Below are positions 55,816 through 64,000 of a DNA stretch of 64,000 nucleotides, one piece after another (positions within the stretch are counted from its first letter, which is position 1; each line of letters opens with the position of its first letter). Origin of the DNA: Eledone cirrhosa (taxonomy: Eukaryota). The notes below the pieces were generated by a model. The model did not search any database, had not been told where the DNA came from, and was given only the letters and a program-made list of their open reading frames with translations. A program made the translations under genes and the position numbers. Where the stretch lies: contig OZ024741.1 of NCBI GenBank assembly GCA_964016885.1, forward strand, positions 71,114,001-71,178,000. Direction: 5' to 3'.

Positions 55816-55851
55816 ATATACATACATACATACATATATATATATACATAC

Positions 55852-55882
<31 letters not shown>

Positions 55883-56001
55883 CATACATACATACATATA
55901 TATATACATACATATATATATACATACATATATATATATACATATATATATATACATACATATATATATACATATATATATACATATATATATATACATA
56001 C

Positions 56002-56034
<33 letters not shown>

Positions 56035-56051
56035 CATATATATATACATAC

Positions 56052-56084
<33 letters not shown>

Positions 56085-56101
56085 CATATATATATACATA
56101 C

Positions 56102-56135
<34 letters not shown>

Positions 56136-56149
56136 ACATACATATATAT

Positions 56150-56180
<31 letters not shown>

Positions 56181-56190
56181 CATACACATA

Positions 56191-57359
<1,169 letters not shown>

Positions 57360-57366
57360 TACATAC

Positions 57367-57397
<31 letters not shown>

Positions 57398-57426
57398 CAT
57401 ATATATATACATATATATATACATAC

Positions 57427-57466
<40 letters not shown>

Positions 57467-57520
57467 ATATATATATATACACATACATATATATATACAC
57501 ACATACATATATATATATAC

Positions 57521-57552
<32 letters not shown>

Positions 57553-57559
57553 ACATACA

Positions 57560-57600
<41 letters not shown>

Positions 57601-57679
57601 ACATACATATATATATATATATATACATACATATATATATACATACATATATATATACATACATATATATATACATACA

Positions 57680-57713
<34 letters not shown>

Positions 57714-57936
57714 CATATATACATATATACATATATACATATATATATATATACATATATATATATAGACATACATATATATATATAGACATACATATAT
57801 ATATATAGACATACATATATATATATATAGACATACATATATATATACATATATATATATAGACATACATATATAGACATACATATATATATATAGACAT
57901 ACATATATATATATAGACATACATATATATATATAG

Positions 57937-57979
<43 letters not shown>

Positions 57980-58053
57980 CATACATATATATATATATAT
58001 ACATACATACATATATATATATATATACATACATATATATATATATATATATA

Positions 58054-58233
58054 TTCCTCCAAGTAATCCCGGACAAACCACCCACACCCGGATATGTCTC
58101 CGCAAACAGTAATTCTCTTCTCGAATGGGCCATGGTGCCCAAATCCTGAATTGAAAGACTTCGCCAGGTGGTGCTATTAAGTTAGACATGGCCTGGGCCA
58201 ATACTGGCCAAAACATTTCAAAGTTATTCAAAC
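58054..58233. repeat. 180-bp unique island, left copy of direct repeat flanking the RTE
   Basis: Identical to 62162-62341 except the last base. Confidence 0.95.
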
Positions 58234-58254
58234 TTATATATATATATATATATA

Positions 58255-58321
58255 CATGATGGCTGCCCCCTCGTTATCGAGTATGGCCATTGCACAATAA
58301 AAAAACAAAAAAAAAAAAAAA

Positions 58322-58376
<55 letters not shown>

Positions 58377-58455
58377 GCAATAATAATAATAACGACAACA
58401 ACAATAATAATATACATATTCATATATATATACACACACACGCACGCACATAAGC

Positions 58456-58493
<38 letters not shown>

Positions 58494-61400
58494 GATAGCA
58501 ACTAACAGTGCTGCGATCGAATGTGGCTTTTTAGCCCAGCCAATGATCCAAAATGTCTTGCACAGAGTCGGCAACCAAAACATTTACTGGGAATAGTCGG
58601 CTGTGGTTGGAGTTCGTGTACTTTTGCATGTCGCTTGAGTCCTCCTGCTGATTTACATTCTCTACCACATGTTTGGCAAGCATGATGAGTAGCATCTCCA
58701 ACAGCAGCCTGGTAGTCAACCACTGGTCTTACTTTATGACTGCGAAGATGACTTTCGAGTCCAGCTTTGCTTAGGCAGAGTCTCGCACAGACGCTGCATG
58801 TCAGAAACATAGGAGGACCCTCGCCGTCTGGAAGTGCAACAGCAATACCCTTCCTCACGTCCCGCTTTACTTTCTCGTGTGCGATTCGAGATGCCTCAAA
58901 GGCAACTTTTCCCTCATATACAGTCTTTCTCCATTTATTACGATCAGCAGCAATATTTTCCCATGTATCAGCAGAGATGTTAGCGTCTTTCAGAGAGGCC
59001 CTCAAGGAATCCTTATACCTCTTTTTTGGTTTATGTGGCGGTCGTTTTCCTTTAACCAACTCTCCATAGAAGAGTTGTTTTGGTATTCTAGAATCCTTCA
59101 TCCTGGCAAGGTGACCACTCCAACGGAGTCGCTGCTTAAGCACAAGAGCTTCTATACTGTCACACATAGAGCTTTCCAAAATCTCGACATCACTGATGTG
59201 GTCCCTCCAGCGAACGCCATGTATCCGTCTGAGACACATCTGATGGAAACGCTCCAATTGCTTAAGGTGGCGTCGATATGTGACCCAGGTCTCGCAGGCA
59301 TAAAGAAGACAAGAGAGTACACATGCCCTGTACACCCTTACCTTTGTCCTCCTGCATATGTCTCGCCGACCCCAGAGTCGCCTTTCTAGCTTTCCGAAAG
59401 CATCACTTGCTTTCCTAATCCTAAGTGAGATTTCACTGTCAAGGTTGCCGTATCGATTGACAGTGCTTCCCAGGTAGACAAACTGATCAACCACTCCAAG
59501 TCGTTTGCCATACACATAGATGTTTGGTTCAGTGTACTGCCTACCAGGTGCAGGTTGGTACATGACGACGGTTTTCTTGAGACTGACAGTCAAACCCAGG
59601 GCAGTGCAAGCGTCAGAAAATACATTCAAAATGTGCTGCATATCACTCTCTGTGTGCGCTACAAGATCGCAATCATCTGCATACAAGAGGTCTCTTATGA
59701 CTGATGTAAATACTTTTGTCTTCGCAGCAAAGCGCCTGATGTTAAATATGCTGCCTGAGGTTCGATATCGGATGTAAACACCATGCTCGCAATTCCTGAA
59801 TGCAACACAGAAAACCATTGCAAAGTATATGGCAAACAGGGTCGGTGCTGGAATATCCCCCTGTTTCACTCCATTTTTTACTGAGATAGGCTCCGACATG
59901 TTACCTCCGACATTAACCCAAGCCTTCATGTCGTCATGGAAAGACCTAACTAAAGCAAGGAACTTATCAGGGCAACCAAGTTTCTGGAGAACCTTCCATA
60001 ATGCATCTCTGTTGACAGTATCGAAAGCCTTTGTCAGATCGACAAAAACCTGATACAGATCCAAGCCCTGTTCAATGCACTTCTCCTGGAGCTGTCTAGC
60101 TGAGAAGATCATATCAGTAGTGCCGCGTCCAACACGAAAACCAGATTGACTTTCAGGAAGGACACAATCTGCAATGTGTGTCAGCAGACGGTCCAGAAGC
60201 ACCCTACATAAAACTTTCCCCACGACAGAAAGCAATGATATACCTCTGTAGTTCCCACAATCATTCCTGTTACCCTTTCCCTTGTACAAGACCACCATTA
60301 CTGCATCTCTCCAGTCCTCAGGCACGGATTCATTAGCCCATATCCTTCCAAACAGAGAGTGAAGATGCTGCAGGAGTCTCTCACCACCATATTGTAGGAG
60401 CTCAGCATGTATGCCATCCATACCTGGAGATCTTCCACTGTTCAGCTTCGAAATAGCCACTGCAACCTCCACAAGTGTCGGAGGCTCTGCGAGAGCTACT
60501 TTCACAGGACTTTCCGGAATGAGATTGAGGAAATCTTCACTGACGACAGACGGCTGATTCAAAAGATCATCAAAGTGCTCCCGCCACCTTCGTAGAATTC
60601 CCTGTGAGTCACGAAGAAGTTCCCTGCCATCCTTGCTGCGAATCGGTGTCACCAGAGAAGAAGACGGTCCATAAACCTCACGCAAGAGACTGTACAACAG
60701 CTTTGTGTTATTGCAATCAGACGCAGTTTGTATCTCACCAGCCTTCTCACTCCACCACTGATCCTTCATCTGAGAAAGACTCCGCCTAACACGTGATTTT
60801 ACATCCCTGAGCTCCTCATGCAACGTATTCCTCTCCTGTGGTCTTGCCGTCAAGTAGCGTGACAGAGCGCACCTCTTATCAGCCAACAAGTCATCTATAT
60901 GCACATCTTTCTCATCAAACCAGTCCTGATGTTTTCTCTGCACCAATCCCAGAACACGTCTGCCTACATCATAAACCGACTTTTTAAGGGTCGGCCAATC
61001 CTCACCAAGATCTGCAGCCTGCATCTCTTCTTCCAATGTCCTCTTCACATTTTTATCCTTAAGACGAGCAGCATTCAATCTTTTGGGCAGGGTAACACCA
61101 GGAGCCCGGATTTTACGTTTGGTGATTAGATTCACTTTTGCGCGTACCAGGCGGTGGTCCGTCCAGCACTCAGCTCCACGAAGAACACGAACACACCGCA
61201 CATCCTGTCTGTCACGCATCCTGACTAGGACGTAGTCCAAAAGATGCCATTCCTTAGATGCAGGATGCATCCATGTGGTCTTGAATTTGTTCTTTTGTTG
61301 GAACATGGTGTTGGTAACACACAGATCCAGCTCCTCACAAATCTGCAGCAAGAGCATACCATTGCTGTTACACTTTCCCACCCCATGCCTTCCGATTACA

Positions 61401-61980
61401 TTCCATGTGTTAAAATCCCTACCCACTCTAGCATTAAAGTCACCAAGCACGATGACTTTGTCTGCCTGAGGGATATTTCTTAAAACACCTTTCAAGGCAT
61501 GGTAAAAGGACAGTTTTTCTTCATCGACAGAATTCATAGTTGGAGCATACACACTCACCAGGGTAGCATATCTTCCCTTGTCCAGCGGAACTCTCATGGA
61601 CATAAGACGCTCACTAATCCCCACTGGGAATTCTTCCAATTTATTCACCAGTACAGTCTTAACAGCAAATCCTACCCCAGCCTCTCTTCTGGTTCCTTCA
61701 TCTCTTCCTTTCCAGAAGAATGTATATTCTCCACAAAATTCCGTAAGATGACCATCTCCAGCTAACCTCGTCTCAGACAAAGCCACGATGTCAAGATCGT
61801 AACGTCGAAGCTCCTTCGCAACAAGAGCGGTCCTTCGTTCAGGACGCTCCAAAGAATCCCTGTCAAGCAGCGTCCGTACGTTCCAGCAGCCAAGACTAAA
61901 TGCCCTGTTTGGCTCTATTACAATGGCACGATGACGGGCGGGCCCAGGTTGTGATAACTTGGGGCCCCTGCCCTTATTAT
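58255..61980 (-). mobile_element. Near-full-length RTE-clade LINE (family 2), 5' UTR lost
   Basis: Single APE-RT-ZnF ORF, microsatellite-filled 3' UTR, terminal hairpin CTCG-ATAA-CGAG, then TA repeats. Confidence 0.95.
58502..61980 (-). CDS. APE endonuclease + reverse transcriptase + three C2H2 zinc fingers (~1150 aa, uninterrupted; native start missing)
   Basis: WNVRTL, LSETRL, SVYAPT, GDFNAR, LLDYV, TDHRLV; [38 protein letters not shown]; CSVC..H..H, CQTC..H..H, CRLC..H..H. The ORF-track extension to 62170 is microsatellite. Confidence 0.95.
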
Positions 61981-62056
61981 ATAGACATATATATATAGAC
62001 ATACATATATATATAGACATACATATATATATATAGACATACATATATATATATAG

Positions 62057-62087
<31 letters not shown>

Positions 62088-62161
62088 CATACATACATAT
62101 ATATATATATATACATACATACATATATATATATATATACATACATATATATATATATATA

Positions 62162-62341
62162 TTCCTCCAAGTAATCCCGGACAAACCACCCACACCCGGA
62201 TATGTCTCCGCAAACAGTAATTCTCTTCTCGAATGGGCCATGGTGCCCAAATCCTGAATTGAAAGACTTCGCCAGGTGGTGCTATTAAGTTAGACATGGC
62301 CTGGGCCAATACTGGCCAAAACATTTCAAAGTTATTCAAAG
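62162..62341. repeat. 180-bp unique island, right copy of direct repeat
   Basis: Identical to 58054-58233 except the last base. Confidence 0.95.
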
Positions 62342-62403
62342 TTATATATATATATATATATACATACATATATATATACATACATATATATATATATACA
62401 TAC

Positions 62404-62468
<65 letters not shown>

Positions 62469-62719
62469 TATATATATATAGACATATATATATATAGACA
62501 TACATATATATATATAGACATACATATATATATATAGACATACATATATATATAGACATACATATATATATATAGACATACATATATATATATATAGACA
62601 TACATATATATATATAGACATACATATATATATATAGACATACATATATATATATAGACATACATATATATATATATAGACATACATATATATATATAGA
62701 CATACATATATATATATAG

Positions 62720-62763
<44 letters not shown>

Positions 62764-62797
62764 ATATATATATATACATACATACATACATATATAT

Positions 62798-62830
<33 letters not shown>

Positions 62831-62860
62831 CATACATATATATATATATATACATACATA

Positions 62861-62942
<82 letters not shown>

Positions 62943-63021
62943 CATACATATATATATATACATACATATATATATATATATACATACATATATATATATA
63001 CATACATATATATATATACAT

Positions 63022-63056
<35 letters not shown>

Positions 63057-63105
63057 CATATATATATATACATACATATATATATATATACATACATATA
63101 TATAT

Positions 63106-63138
<33 letters not shown>

Positions 63139-63146
63139 CATACACA

Positions 63147-63184
<38 letters not shown>

Positions 63185-63192
63185 CATACATA

Positions 63193-63233
<41 letters not shown>

Positions 63234-63303
63234 ACATACATATATATATATACATACATATATATATATACATACATATATATATATACATACATATATA
63301 TAT

Positions 63304-63348
<45 letters not shown>

Positions 63349-63411
63349 CATATATATATATACATACATATATATATATATATACATACATATATATATA
63401 TATATACATAC

Positions 63412-63508
<97 letters not shown>

Positions 63509-63529
63509 CATACATACATATATATATAT

Positions 63530-63634
<105 letters not shown>

Positions 63635-63683
63635 CATATATATATACATACATATATATATATATATACATACATATATATAT

Positions 63684-63744
<61 letters not shown>

Positions 63745-63797
63745 TATACATACATATATATATATATACATACATATATATATATACATACATACAT

Positions 63798-64000
63798 ATG
63801 ATGGCTGCCAACTCGTTTTCGAGTACGGCCACTACTTTATATCCATGTAAGAGAACTCCTACCGATGCGCTGAACGAGTGTGACTTTTTAATCCAGCCAG
63901 TTGAAAACTCTGGTACAAACACTACACTTGTGACAATTATTGACACATAGTGCTGGGCCCGTGGTACCATGTGACGACATGTGCAGAGAGATCTCCAGAT
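63798..64000 (-). mobile_element. Non-autonomous RTE derivative, copy d (runs off the window)
   Basis: Matches 39992-40200. Confidence 0.85.

Overview
AT-rich, gene-poor animal DNA. The SINE families, RTE tails and (TA)n/(TACA)n load suggest a coleoid cephalopod such as Octopus; this is inference. No intact host gene is visible, and nearly all long ORFs in the track are microsatellite artefacts. The first ~39 kb is ordinary repeat-rich DNA: tRNA-head SINEs, PHD-finger-bearing RTE LINE fragments, an R4/Dong-type endonuclease relic, TTAA MITEs, a GIY-YIG Penelope-like element (PLE) and a 91-bp minisatellite. From ~39.5 kb the window is a strand-polarised (TA)/(TACA) microsatellite tract holding retro-inserted islands. 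These include a near-complete APE-RT RTE with three C-terminal C2H2 fingers and a ~370-bp flanking direct repeat, four copies of a non-autonomous relative, a MAK16-like C-terminal fragment, and several hammerhead-ribozyme (HHR) elements. The standout is a nearly invariant 8.4 x 310-bp tandem array (52901-55500). Each full monomer carries a minimal type I hammerhead with a palindromic stem III inside a densely base-paired sequence, making it a candidate retrozyme/circular-RNA element. In total I read 17 hammerhead-like cores from about 7 sequence families. All folds and homologies were assigned by eye, and boundaries inside microsatellites are approximate.
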